A stretch of 64,000 bases of DNA from Owenia fusiformis (lineage: Eukaryota): contig CAIIXF020000001.1 in NCBI GenBank assembly GCA_903813345.2, forward strand, positions 38,626,001 through 38,690,000, written 5' to 3'. The position numbers were made by a program, and so were the translations under genes. How positions within the stretch are numbered: position 1 is the stretch's first letter; the number at the start of each line of letters is the position of its first letter. The notes beneath the pieces were generated by a model. It saw nothing but the letters and a program-made list of their open reading frames with translations, made no database searches and was not told where the DNA came from. Shown here in pieces: positions 24,838 to 37,954 of this stretch.

Positions 24838-25952
24838 AAAACTAAGACCCCCCACGTTATAAAACTAAGACCCTGTTATAAAACTAAGACCCCCCATGTA
24901 ATAAAACTAAGACCCTGTTATAAAACTAAGACCCCCCACGTTATAAAACTAAGACCCTGTTATAAAACTAAGACCCCCCACGTTATAAAACTAAGACCCT
25001 GTTATAAAACTAAGACCCCCCACGTTATAAAACTAAGACCCTGTTATAAAACTAAGACCCCCCACGTTATAAAACTAAGACCCTGTTATAAAACTAAGAC
25101 CCCCCACGTAATAAAACTAAGACCCTGTTATAAAACTAAGACCCCCCACATTATAAAACTAAGACCCTGTTATAAAACTAAGACCCCCCACGTTATAAAA
25201 CTAAGACCCTGTTATAAAACTAAGACCCCCCACGTTATAAAACTAAGACCCCCCACGTTATAAAACTAAGACCCTGTTATAAAACTAAGACCCCCCACGT
25301 AATAAAACTAAGACCCTGTTATAAAACTAAGACCCCCCACGTTATAAAACTAAGACCCTGTTATAAAACTAAGACCCCCTACGTTATAAAACTAAGACCC
25401 TGTTATAAAACTAAGACCCCCCATGTTATAAAACTAAGACCCTGTTATAAAACTAAGACCCCCCACGTTATAAAACTAAGACCCTGTTATAAAACTAAGA
25501 CCCCCCACGTTATAAAACTAAGACCCTGTTATAAAACTAAGACCCCCCACGTTATAAAACTAAGACCCTGTTATAAAACTAAGACCCCCCACGTTATAAA
25601 ACTAAGACCCTGTTATAAAACTAAGACCCCCCACGTTATAAAACTAAGACCCTGTTATAAAACTAAGACCCCCCACGTTATAAAACTAAGACCCTGTTAT
25701 AAAACTAAGACCCCCCACATAATAAAACTAAGACCCTGTTATAAAACTAAGACCCCCCACGTTATAAAACTAAGACCCTGTTATAAAACTAAGACCCCCC
25801 ACGTTATAAAACTAAGACCCTGTTATAAAACTAAGACCCCCCACGTTATAAAACTAAGACCCTGTTATAAAACTAAGACCCCCCACGTTATAAAACTAAG
25901 ACCCTGTTATAAAACTTAGACCCCCCACGTTATAAAACTAAGACCCTGTTAT
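24838..25952 (+). repeat. 42-bp higher-order tandem array (23+19 bp subunits), left Foldback arm
   Basis: AAAACTAAGACCCCCCACGTTAT alternating with AAAACTAAGACCCTGTTAT, about 26 units. Confidence 0.97.
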
Positions 25953-26029
25953 AAGAATCAGTCACCGTGCCTTGCTCTGCTCGCCACAAGGTAGTCTTGC
26001 CTCTGGGCCTTGTGTTCCCTAGTAACATA

Positions 26030-26350
26030 CAGATTCTACAAAAGATAGTCTTGCTTCTGGTCCTTGTGTTCCCTTCTAATATACAGATTCTCCCCACTAA
26101 CATAAAGATTCTACAAAAGGTAGTCTTGCTTCTGGTCCTTGTGTTCCCTTCTAATATACAGATTCTCCCCACTAACATAAAGATTCTACAAAAGGTAGTC
26201 TTGCTTCTGGTCCTTGTGTTCCCTTCTAATATACAGATTCTCCCCACTAACATAAAGATTCTACACATGGTAGTCTTGCCTCTGGCCCTTGTTTACCCTA
26301 GTAACATACACATATGGTAGTCTTGCCACTGACCCTTGTTTTCCCTAGTA
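26030..26350 (+). repeat. 75-bp tandem repeat (about 3 full units plus decayed partials) derived from the inner end of the left TIR
   Basis: GATTCTACAAAAGGTAGTCTTGCTTCTGGTCCTTGTGTTCCC... repeats with a 75-bp period (25-aa period in the ORF track). Confidence 0.9.
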
Positions 26351-26352
26351 AC

Positions 26353-27942
26353 ATGGTGGTTCAAGATTTCAGACCCATCTTTCTCACATAGATTGCTGAA
26401 CTTATTTTAGTTGAGAATTCCTAATAGAATTAAGAATTAATAGCTGAAACTGTTCTGTTTGTCCTAGCAAACAATATCCCAATATGCATTTGAAATTCAT
26501 TTTTGTCTATATGTGTTGACAGTCTGTGATGTCATCATCAATCATCACAATGGGAATTAGGTGAATTCTATCTGTGACAGTGAGATTATCTATGATGTCA
26601 CATAGTAGTTTGATTTCTAAGAAATGTGGCAGAGTTCTATCTATGACAGAGATGCTTTGTGATGTCATCATGAATTATCTCGTTTCCATTGTGATGATTG
26701 ATGATGTCATCATAGTACTTTGTGATGTCATCGTGAATTACAGGGTGACCGGAAAAAAAGGAGACCATTGAAGTAATCAATTTCTCCTAAACTAGACAAG
26801 TGCCATCAATGAAATTTTGCATACACTGGAACAGTTATATGGAAATTTGTTACTGAAGGTTTCAATACAAGCATTCAACTGGTTCAGGAGCTATGATCAT
26901 TTACATAACATGCTCCAAATAGGCACAATTGAGACCAACGCAGAGTTGGATTCATATGGCAAACTACCCTTACATGTTCTGCCCTCTATGGCATTATTAT
27001 GGCATTACATATAGCAGTGATTGCCTTCTTTAGGTCAACAATAGTCTGAGGATTGTTTTGGTATAGATTGTCTTTCAAATATCCATACAAAAAGAAATCA
27101 GCAGGATTCAAGTCTAGGCTGTAATGGCAATGAAGGGTTATCTGACATGTGGTTCATCATCCTGTTGCCAAAGTGCTGATTTACCAAATCTTAAGAGTCA
27201 CTTTAGGTATTGGGCATAGTGCCATGTTACTAAAACCACTATATGGCACAATTAAATCCCATATGGAAACCAAGGGCTGCCCAAAACCTCCTTAGGATGA
27301 TACTGTAACTGAGTGGGACCACTGAGTCAGAAGCCATAGGTCAGATAAGCTTCGTCTCCATACACCTCAAATTTGAATCCACCTGATTTCTTTTTGTGGG
27401 GCAATTTGAAAGACAATGTGTACCAAAACAATCCTGAGACAATTGCTGACCTAAAGGTGGCAATAAATGCTAAATGTAATGCCATAACAAGGTCGGAATA
27501 TGTAAGGGTATTTGCCAAATGTATCCAGCTCTGCGTTGGTCTCAATTGCGCCTATTTGGAGCATGTTATGTAAATGATCATAGCTCCTGAACCAGTTGAC
27601 TGCTTGTATTGACACTTTCAGGAACAAATTTCCATAGAACTGTCCTGATGTATGCAAAATTTCATTGATGTCACTAGTCTATTTTAGGAGATATTGCCTA
27701 TTTCAATGGTCTCCTTTTTTTTCCGGTCACCCTGTACCTCATTTCTATTGTGATGATTGATGATGACATCACAGACTGTCAACAAATAGACAGAAGAAGT
27801 TGAACTACAAGTTGGAAAATTGTTTGCTAGGGCAAAACAACTCAGTTTCAGCTAATAATTCTTAATTCTATTAGGAATTCTTAACTAACAATGGTTCAGC
27901 AATCTGTGCCAGAATGATGGGTCTTAAATCTTGAACTACCAT
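26353..27942. mobile_element. Second-level inverted-repeat element nested in the Foldback loop
   Basis: About 200-bp diverged inverted arms ATGGTGGTTCAAGATTT... / ...AAATCTTGAACTACCAT; internal GATGTCATCA repeats interrupted by the Tc1/mariner insertion. Confidence 0.75.
26741..27734. mobile_element. Tc1/mariner-derived palindromic element made of two inverted transposon 3' ends; TA TSD
   Basis: CAGGGTGACCGGAAAAAAAGGAGACCATTGAA TIRs flanked by TA. Both arms encode the transposase C-terminus (plus: LNPPDFFLWGNLKDNVYQNNPETIADLK; minus: SLDLNPADFFLYGYLKDNLYQNNPQTIVDLK). Confidence 0.9.
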
Positions 27943-27965
27943 TAAACATCACTTCCAAAACAATA

Positions 27966-28107
27966 CCAGCATAAAATGGAGTATCTCTTTTTATGCTCAG
28001 CATAAAATGGGACATCACTTTTTATGCCAGCATAAAATGGGATATCACTTTTTATGCCAGCATAAAATGGGACATCACTTTTTATGCCGGGCATAAAAAG
28101 TGATATC
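27966..28107. repeat. 30-bp tandem repeat (about 4 units) in the Foldback loop
   Basis: CCAGCATAAAATGGGACATCACTTTTTATG repeated, ending in a short inverted copy. Confidence 0.85.
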
Positions 28108-28255
28108 AAAAAATTACTTTTTTTAAAAATCAACAAATCCGGGTATTTGTTACAGTCCATTTTTATATAATCCGCTGTTGTATGTTACTGGGGAACACAA
28201 GGCCCAGAGGCAAGACTACCTTGTGGCGAGCAGAGCAAGGCACGGTGACTGATTC

Positions 28256-29374
28256 TTATAGCAGGGTCTTAGCTTTATAACGTGGGAGGTCTTAGTTTTA
28301 TAACGGGGTCTTAGTTTTATAACGTGGGGGGGTCTTAGTTTTATAACAGGGTCTTAGTTTTATAACGTGGGGGGTCTTAGTTTTATAACAGGGTCTTAGT
28401 TTTATAACGTGAGGGGTCTTAGTTTTATAACAGGGTCTTAGTTTTATAACGTGGGGGGTCTTAGTTTTATAACAGGGTCTTAGTTTTATAACGTGGGGGG
28501 TCTTAGTTTTATAACAGGGTCTTAGTTTTATAACGTGGGGGGGGGTCTTAGTTTTATAACAGGGTCTTAGTTTTATTACGTGGGGGGTCTTAGTTTTATA
28601 ACAGGGTCTTAGTTTTATAACGTGGGGGGTCTTAGTTTTATAACAGGGTCTTAGTTTTATAACGTGGGGGGTCTTAGTTTTATAACAGGGTCTTAGTTTT
28701 ATAACGTGGGGGTCTTAGTTTTATAACAGGGTCTTAGTTTTATAACGTGGGGGGTCTTAGTTTTATAACGTGGGGGGTCTTAGTTTTATAACAGGGTCTT
28801 AGTTTTATAACGTGGGGGGTCTTAGTTTTATAACAGGGTCTTAGTTTTATAACGTGGGGGGTCTTAGTTTTATAACAGGGTCTTAGTTTTATAACGTGGG
28901 GGGTCTTAGTTTTATAACAGGGTCTTAGTTTTATAATGTGGGGGGTCTTAGTTTTATAACAGGGTCTTAGTTTTATTACGTGGGGGGTCTTAGTTTTATA
29001 ACAGGGTCTTAGTTTTATTACGTTGGGGGTCTTAGTTTTATAACAGGGTCTTAGTTTTATAACGTGGGGGGTCTTAGTTTTATAACAGGGTCTTAGTTTT
29101 ATAACGTGGGGGGTCTTAGTTTTATAACAGGGTCTTAGTTTTATAATGTGGGGGGTCTTAGTTTTATAACAGGGTCTTAGTTTTATAACGTGGGGGGTCT
29201 TAGTTTTATAACAGGGTCTTAGTTTTATAACGTGGGGGGTCTTAGTTTTATAACAGGGTCTTAGTTTTATAACGTGGGGGGTCTTAGTTTTATAACAGGG
29301 TCTTAGTTTTATTACATGGGGGTCTTAGTTTTATAACAGGGTCTTAGTTTTATAACGTGGGGGGTCTTAGTTTT
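28256..29374 (-). repeat. 42-bp higher-order tandem array, right Foldback arm (reverse complement of 24838-25952)
   Basis: ATAACAGGGTCTTAGTTTT / ATAACGTGGGGGGTCTTAGTTTT alternation. Confidence 0.97.
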
Positions 29375-29929
29375 GTAGGTCTTAGGTCTTAGGTCTTTGT
29401 TTTGTAGACACCCGGTTCTAATCTGTAATGACCAGCCCTTCTTTTCGAGTACGCCAACCCTGGATATTGTTTCTATTGATTCATTTTGATGGTAATGGGC
29501 GCAAATGGTGCACAATTTACGAGTATCAGATATATTATTCCAGGGATGATTTCTACCTAAGATTTATAGACCTTAGTTGACTACGGAATACAAGATTATC
29601 TCATTACTGTATTAATTACTGTATCTCGTTTCTATAGCAATGTAACTTATGGCTTGCTAGCTAAATATATTGAGTTATAACTCTGTCAAATTCATATCAA
29701 GCAATTTATATTTGATATAGTTTGACATGGGAGGCTTATACAGTTAGATAACTTTTCATGTGTAAACTTTACATCATTAATTTGATTTCGCTTCTTTTAA
29801 AGAGCTTCATATGCATCTAGATTCTGTGCCCCATGGTGTACCAGTACCTCGAATTTCAAGTTGGATTTCCTCGAGTGTCAGAGCCTTGTAAACTCTCACT
29901 CTTCTTGGAAAGGGTAAACGTGGATCAGC

Positions 29930-30022
29930 TGAAAACGTGTGATGGACTGCACGTCGATTCAACTGAAAACGTGTGATGGACTACACGTCGATTCAAATGA
30001 AAACGTGTGATGGACTGCACGT
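29930..30022. repeat. 34-bp tandem triplication
   Basis: TGAAAACGTGTGATGGACTRCACGT occurs three times at 34-bp spacing. Confidence 0.85.
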
Positions 30023-33000
30023 GATTCCATCACAAGAATCAAACCGACGAACAAATAAACAAATGTCTTTACGGAACTGGTATCTGTCTCGATCCGTCGA
30101 GTTATTTCATTTCATGAGGGAATGGATACACTGGTGATATAATGGTATGTCTGCCATGGGCATAGGCATACCTGGGATCCTTTGAAGATGGGCGTTCTGG
30201 GAAGATAAGTTCGAATCAACCAGGCAGAAAACGAATATTATTACTTCAGACTCCTCCTCATGATTGGCAGCCCAAACAACTGCATATATGTCCCAACAAC
30301 CCAAACTCCAATCATACGTAGAGCAGAACATGACTGTATAATTTATTTACCAATTCAATTTGAACAGACAAACCCATGAACATATCAATTTGGTTTAGAG
30401 AAGTTGTGAAGCAAAGCAAGATTAGCTATGTAGAACATTCCGCTTAGGTAAATTCAGTGCACAACAACACGATAGCTGAATATGAAATAAACTACAACCC
30501 CGTGAACGACTGCTCATATTTTTCAAAATCCATATTTGCTAGTATGCTATACCTGCATACAATCCCTGAAACATCTTATTTTATCAAACATACGAGTCAC
30601 GAAATGAGCTGCGTCCTAAACTTTTTAAGCTCACATCAGATCACTCGTTTACTTTCAGGTTTACATGCAGTATTATATCATGAGATATATTTTTAGAATC
30701 AGACTGTCATTTTTGGTAAATCTTATTAACTACCTCAATCTGTTCTGTCAGAGAAGATATCAACATTTGGGGTGTATGCTAATACCTGGGGTGTATGCCA
30801 ATACCTGGGGTGTATGCTAATACCTACTGGCTTAGTCTAGTTTTGCCTCGCCTTTTGGTTTTTGTCTTGCCAAATCTTAGATTCTGGATGCGCCCCTGTA
30901 TAAACTTTGAGAATATAAATATCAGAAAATAGCCATACACGTTCATCCTATTAAGGTCAGTACTGTTATTGTATCGATTCGTTGTTGGTTTAGTAGCTTG
31001 TTATTGTCCGACATTGATCGTTTTCTTACCCCCGTGTTACCCTTTGCATTCGTTCGACTTCGCGGATGGTTTCGTTTCGTTAAAACACACGCCAAAAGGA
31101 AAAAATTGTAGTAAAATGTATCTTTCTATAATATTGTGACCCCCGGGAATTACTATCCTCCTTTCAATTGTTATTTTTCAGAGACCTTATAGGTCCTATA
31201 GTATTTGGCAAGTAAATACTGCCAGAGAAGTAATCCATAGAGGACCGCACTTCTACTATTAAAAACGTGTTTCTTAATTTCACTGCGCTCTGACAGACTG
31301 ATGCCGAATGAACGAATCAATCAGCCGTGGTTTGAGAACAACTTGATTCAAGCTGGTGTCAGTTGTTCCATCTTATAATATCTTTCATCACCATTACAAC
31401 CAAATTGGAAGTGGAAGATACACGGTAGCTACATCTACATACGCGTAAGTGAACCACAACCAGAGATGATGAATTGTTATGTTTGGGGTTGTTACTTCAA
31501 TGGAATCCTTACAAGTTGACAAACATTAAAATGTGGTAAAGTTAGAATGACCTCGTCTCAAGATAGCTCGACAATTAAACCCGATGCAGGATACGGTGGT
31601 TCCATTAATTAGACACTGTCATTAGGATGGTTGGATTTCTACCAGGGAACAATACCAAAAGGAAGCTAGTACATTCTGTCCTGGTCGGTATAATCACGTG
31701 AAAACTTTAACGATCACATACATCGGTAACGGTATCGACTATGCACACTTTGTACATTCTATATAATTATATTCATACGATCTTGTGTCTGATTTTGCGA
31801 AATAGGATGGGATGAACATGATGAAAGGAAGCACGTATCTGATACTGACTTTTGTATCAATCCTTTAGCGTTGTCAGCCATCCAGGAAAAGATAAATTAC
31901 AATTACGTGAGGAGAACATCGTTTGTCCTCATAGATAGTTAATGCAACCTTTCAATGACGTTTAGAGTATTTGTTATTTATTTATCTCTGACGCAGGGAA
32001 TAGAACCCATAGAACTTACTTCATGCCTCGAAGTACTTACTGGGGGGAGGTCCACAGATTTGATGAAAGACAATACAGTTGTTATCCAGAGAACCCAGAG
32101 CCAAGTGGACGAAACATAAATGAAATAGAAGTAAACCTAATAATGAGACGATCCATTATAGATCCTAATGACTTTGACCTATCTCACCTCGGTAAGTTGA
32201 TGATTCTATAGAACGCCCATTTGTTAATCCCACAAATGTTAGTAGAGTGAGGAAGCACCGCAGGGCATACGCATACACGTTCACTGGACACTTCGCCCAT
32301 GCCCTCAGTTTGTGAATCAGTAACATACTGCAAATATACACGGAATGTACTGTCCCAATAAGTTTAATCCATCCACGCAAACAAGGCTATTGTCCAGGAA
32401 TTACGTCCATGAATCCTTGTAATCTCTCGACACTGTTCACTTGGCGGTCAACAACGGTGATGCTTGTTTCATCCGATTTGTTTCGAGGTTGTTAAAGGAG
32501 CTCATTTACTAGCAAATTCTTTATATTCGGACTTACAGATTAAGGATATTAAAGTTGATCATATTTATTCCATTGTTTTGTTATGTCTGTATTCTATACT
32601 TCTATAAGGAAATCCATTTTGATATGAGCTTATTTCTTAACATACACTTGTAGGCCTATTAAGTTCTTTGTTATTCCAATGTGAATACATGTAGCCTATT
32701 TCGAGTTGATGATGACTGAGTGATGTATGTATATGTTGAGTGTAAACAAGTATGAATATCCTATTATCGTCCTAAGCAAAGCCCGGGGTATAAGCTTCAT
32801 TCGTGAATAAAGTTGTTTACGTGGATTTGAAAAAACCTGCAACATAAATAAAGATGTGGCAAACCGCGGTTACTCCAACTCCGTTACTGATTATTCCTAC
32901 TCCACGTTCATGAGATGATTTCATTAATGAAGTATCATTGTAGTCCTTTGAAGTATCACTGTACATATACACTCCAATATTGGGCTCTCGCTGCCTTTCT

Positions 33001-35611
33001 AAATCTTCGTCGCTGTCATGATACACTGCAGCCAAACTTATGAACTAAAATGACCAATGATACTGACCAGAAATTAGAGCCAAGGAACACAAATAACAAG
33101 TTGTTGTTGAGCCAAGCACCACTGAGCAAGTTATGCTGATAATTTAAAGTTTACGTTGTCCTTAGAGCGAATTCGAATCTTACTCGTCTACGATATATTG
33201 CCAAAGGTAGGTAATTAGGCAACGACAGGTTGTAGCCTTATTGTCCAACATCATGTCAAGAAATCCTGACTTACGCAGTGTCAAGATTGTAACAAGTTTA
33301 AAATCGTTTATATAACCTAACCGCTTGGGTAGTCTTGATCTTTCAAATACAAAACTCGTGAATTTCGTAATGTATTCCGTAAACAAGTGCACGGCATTGG
33401 AGAACGCCAAACTTAAGCATACAATGCCAGGCACAGGGGCGGATTTGAAAATTGACATGGTGATGGCAAAATTATTTGGAAAATTCCACCCTCGGAATAA
33501 ATAAAGTCCCTCCCCCAAACAAGATCCACCTGTGGCAGCGGAGACATACTTGTAACTGTGCCGTACGCTACCGAAATCTTTACAGAACTTCCTTCATGGT
33601 GGCAATGGTAAATAAGTCAACCCTTACCAGGCTCAAGAATCCATATCGTAAAGAGATACTTGTTATACCGATAATTATCATTCAGAAGTGTTTTATATGT
33701 CTCTGGTTGGACCATTGGACGTTTCCAAGATAAAAACGAATAGTTAGTGTAACAGATAAAAACAATGTAGGATTAAGAAAGAACTAGGATGAAGAGAATT
33801 TTCGTCGTCCTATTAAAGGAGAATATTTGTAATAAACTAAATCAATGTTTACACAATTGCGTCACTAAAAACAATAGCACCATTTCCTGGAGTATGATCC
33901 TGTAATATATAATCACATTGACTTCATTCAAACATGATATAACAGCGATGATGAATATGTGATTCAGATTAGTTTGATTTGGAATGTTATTTTGCCATTA
34001 TTCTGTATTTCTCTAATTTTGTATTTGAATAGACACACTGACACGTCGTCTTGATGTTTCTAATATTTTACTCTTTTATGATTAATTAACCCCATCTTCT
34101 AGACAAACGTGACTCTCTTGGACTTCTAGCGTTTTTAGCGAGAAATGTATGTTTAATTGGTCATAATCCACGATGGAACTCGATGGGATTCGTCATATAA
34201 TCCCATAATCTCCCATTTTAGAATTAATAAGGTATCTGAGGCTTCATGGCTTCATTTTTTTAATATGAATTGCTAATATCGTACTATTACTTTTCAAACC
34301 TGATATCAATGAGCCGTAAACTCTGTCAAAACACTCCAGACATTTCCGGCGTGTAATGAATTTTAGAATCGCTGCAAAGGTTGATAATAATTTTAAATTG
34401 GTTATTGTGGAACGTGTACATGGTGGCAGAGCATATTATGTGAAGGGAAATTGAATTTCCGAAATCCAATGACTGGAAATTATGTTTTTGAACAACTCAA
34501 ATATAACATGCAGTCAATGTTGGTATAAATGGGAAATATAGGAAGTACAGTAGTTGAGTACAAATTGATATTATCTCTGCTATCGGTAACTTTATGGGCT
34601 GCACCCAAATGCAATGGAGTCCTGGTCGGGATCTCAGACCACAGATGGCACAGTCAGTGACAGATGTGAAACATAAGAATGAGTCACTGCTGCCATGACC
34701 ACAAACGGTCGTCAAAAATACGATGTTGCTAGGACAGTAATTACTGAGATCGGATCTTTCCGATAGTCTAGTAGCTACATGCCCTTGTGAGCCCCCCCCC
34801 CCCCGGCCCTTCCCCCATCCTATACACACACCTTCCCGTGTGAGGTTTATAGTCAAGTAGTGAGAGGGGGGGTCACAGGGGGCTTGTATCTAGACTATGT
34901 TTCCAAGTCGAAAAGAAAGAAATTAATCATTCAGGGGCGTGGTCGGGAACTAAAATTAGGCGAGTCAGAAGGCTAAAGAATAAGGCAAATTAACATTTAC
35001 ATTCATTCTGGTACATTTTTGGTGAAGATAAAGTCTGAAAATATATTCCGATAAAAGTTTGGCGGGGCAGTCATCTCAACTGCTTCAAATGTATTTCTAT
35101 CTAATGGTGGTTTTTCAGATTTAATCTATCCACAGTACCCATAATCTAATAAATTCACTGATGTAGATATACCATTGAAAAGTAAGGAACTTAAAATGTC
35201 GACATGGCGTTTAAATTAGTGTCTGAAAAGTATCTGCGACTATGAGATTAGTCGTGTGGAATCAATAGGAACGATCATGATTGAAGGAGTATGTCGTTGT
35301 CTAAATGCATTTTCTTGGAATTCGCAGGACGTGAACAAAAATTCTGTAAATAAGCAGACAGAAAAAAATTAATATTTTTATTTACATGTCTCTGGTGCAC
35401 ACAAGGATATGACACTGCCATGGATATTACACAACTTTTAATGGGTCTTGGCATGACTCCCTGGCATGACTTTTATATCGTGAACTACATGCTATGTACG
35501 TACATTATACAATCATATAATCATGTATTTATTAGCACTTCAACAGTAGTGTTAATTTTAATGTTGATCACATTTAACGTTATAGTAATTTGTTGGTTAC
35601 TTTAAGTTTAC

Positions 35612-37760
35612 CACGCCTAACCATCGACAAGGTACAGTCACGTGACAGGTGACAAAATATGCCGTAGTACACTTTTGATGTACTATGTCACTATTAACTG
35701 ATTTTGAGCGAAGACCATGATGTAGGTTCGATGCAGGTTTTCAAAAATAAATTTTAGGAGAACACAAAGGATTTTATGTTTGATTTCGCGTGCATTCGAT
35801 TTCAAAGACATTTATTTTTCTAATAACGTTAAAAGATCTTCGAGCAGTGCTCGATTTTTTTCGTTGTTAGTCTACCCATACGATTCTTCGGTTGGAAAAA
35901 TGTTGTTTTTTACACATTTCCTTTGATAATTTTCTCCCCTGACGTCTCAGAGTGTCGAATATTTTTATGAGAATGTGTTTCTCTAAACTACACAGTTTAG
36001 GACAGGTGAACATTTAATAAACATTCATGCATTTGATATAATTTAAAAAATCAGAAATGTACGTTGTCAACTCACAGTGTATGTTGTCCCTGTAATTGAA
36101 ATACATGAGTTATAATATTAAACATTGCAATGATTTAATTTCAAAATGCATTAAGGGTTTTATGCGTTACAAGTGATGTTCAACGAACATGCTCCTGTAT
36201 CCCTAGTACAGATAAACAGGTAAAAGTGATTTTTCGTGAATGCTATTTTATTTTATGAAAGTATTAATATGGTGACTAATATGTGACCACGGCGTGTTTT
36301 CTTCCGACCTCTTTAACCACTCGACGTCGGTACGTTACGTTATGTTTAGTTGCACTTTTATGAATTTTAATAATCTTAAGGAGTTCATGGAGAGATCTTT
36401 ACTAGCTAATCCAAGATGACTTTATGCTACAGGGTGTCCCGAAATTATGGGCCCCCATAGGCAGACATATACCAATGTCTCCATGTATGTGTCGTATATC
36501 ATTTTAAAGCTCATCCAAAGTTACATTAATTTGCCGAGTATCATGGTTCAACTCACAAATGGAAAAAGTTACAGGAATTTCAAAAGTTAGTGTTTGGACA
36601 AAATTAAAGTCAGTTTTACACCAAAACAATAGTCGGTGTGTCTCCTTAGCCGCCATGTTAATAGCAGCAATACTTTCCATATATGATCTTAAATAACTGG
36701 CTTCAAATAGGGATATGGCGTTTTGTATAATCTTCATAAAACCTTTTAAGGCATAAGAAGAGTTTCCTTGGAGTATCTACCCTAAACGTCATCTTTTTAG
36801 AACTCGATATCCATATATTATCTTCGAGAATAGCATCCATATTTTCTGTCACATTCAGGTCAGGGCTGTTTCCAGGATACTGAAATGGACTTTTTGGCAA
36901 AACGCTAATTTTTGAAATGCCTGTTACTTTTTACCATTTGAACCATCATATTTGGCAAATCAATGTAACTTTGGATAAGCTTAAATATGATATATGACAC
37001 ATACTATGGAGAAATTGGTATATGTCTGCCTAGGGGGGAAAGTGCAGAAGTTCAAAAGCCAGGGTTATGGAATACTAAAAAATTATTAGTAACATTGAAA
37101 TTTAATCATATCAATGACAATTTTATTGATTAACGGACAAAATATTAGAGTAAATTTTTCGATATGCCAGCCCTATTATTATAAATTATTACTTTATTAT
37201 CAAATATGTTCCTTCTATTACACGTACATTATAGCATTTCATTCATGTAAAATTAACTGTGAATTGAGATCTGTAAGGCCAATGTGACAACATACATTCG
37301 AGTTGACAACATACATTATCTGTTTTTCGTAGTAGCATCCAAAGTAAAAAGCGGTTTTGCATTAACTCTGGATGTATATTTGTATACTTATCTTAAGTTG
37401 TGTTAGTCGTAGTTTGGCTGTTATTTGCATAGCAAAACAAAAATTAGAGAGAATTTTGCGAAATTCAGACAAGATTTAGAGATCCCTGACGTACTGGGTA
37501 GATCTATAACAAGATATTGAAGTTGCTGAGGATCATTTGAAATAGATATGCATATTTGCAACTTAATTACAAATCGAATGCAACAACTGCCTGATGATGA
37601 ACTGACACAATATTGATCAAATCAATGCTAGTTCTTACCTCGCTTCCTCATTCTAGAAAATGGCGATATAAAATGGCGGAAATGACATAGTACATCAAAA
37701 GTGTACTACGGCATATTTTGTCACTGTCACGTGACTGTACCTTGTCGATGGTTAGGCGTG
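35612..37760. mobile_element. Non-autonomous Transib/RAG-like superfamily element (CAC termini, 5-bp TSD TTTAC)
   Basis: 79/78-bp TIRs (35612-35690, 37683-37760) differing by one indel, starting CACGCCTAACC; TTTAC at 35607-35611 and 37761-37765. Superfamily inferred from the CAC ends plus 5-bp TSD. Confidence 0.75.
36430..37038 (-). mobile_element. Tc1-derived element nested in the Transib-like element; right terminus lost
   Basis: TA|CAGGGTGTCCC start; inverted arms about 36452-36535 / 36955-37038; minus-strand remnant PGNSPDLNVTEN resembles the Tc1 SPDLNPIE motif. Confidence 0.75.
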
Positions 37761-37954
37761 TTTACGTCATCGTCTGTTCCCACGCTCAATCACTACGTTC
37801 TATAGGTTCTACGTTCGACGTTTTCCTCGTATATGAGGATAGGCTCGAAGCAAGATGACTTTGCGTATGGTTCGCCTTGTTACTGCTTTACCCCTGTAGT
37901 TGATACTATACCAGTGCCTTCAAGGGAGACGAATATTTTCTTTATTCAATAATG

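Larger units (their letters stand above)
24799..29413. mobile_element. Foldback-type (Mutator-related) element with about 1.2-kb modular TIRs and 10-bp TSD GGTTCTAATC
   Basis: Termini GGGTGTCTACAAAACAAAGACCTAAG / CTTAGGTCTTTGTTTTGTAGACACCC; TSD at 24789-24798 and 29414-29423; arms are 42-bp arrays plus an inner unique inverted domain (about 25953-26030 / 28180-28257). Confidence 0.92.

Noticed and set aside
24787..25263. 158-aa ORF of KTKTPHVIKLRPCY repeats
   Set aside because: Translation of the 42-bp TIR array; it has no ATG start and is broken where a subunit is skipped.
25930..26320. Repetitive ORFs on both strands
   Set aside because: Products of the 75-bp tandem repeat.
24838..29374. 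CRISPR-like or telomeric array
   Set aside because: No unique spacers, no cas genes, eukaryotic context; the arrays are inverted arms bounded by a TSD.
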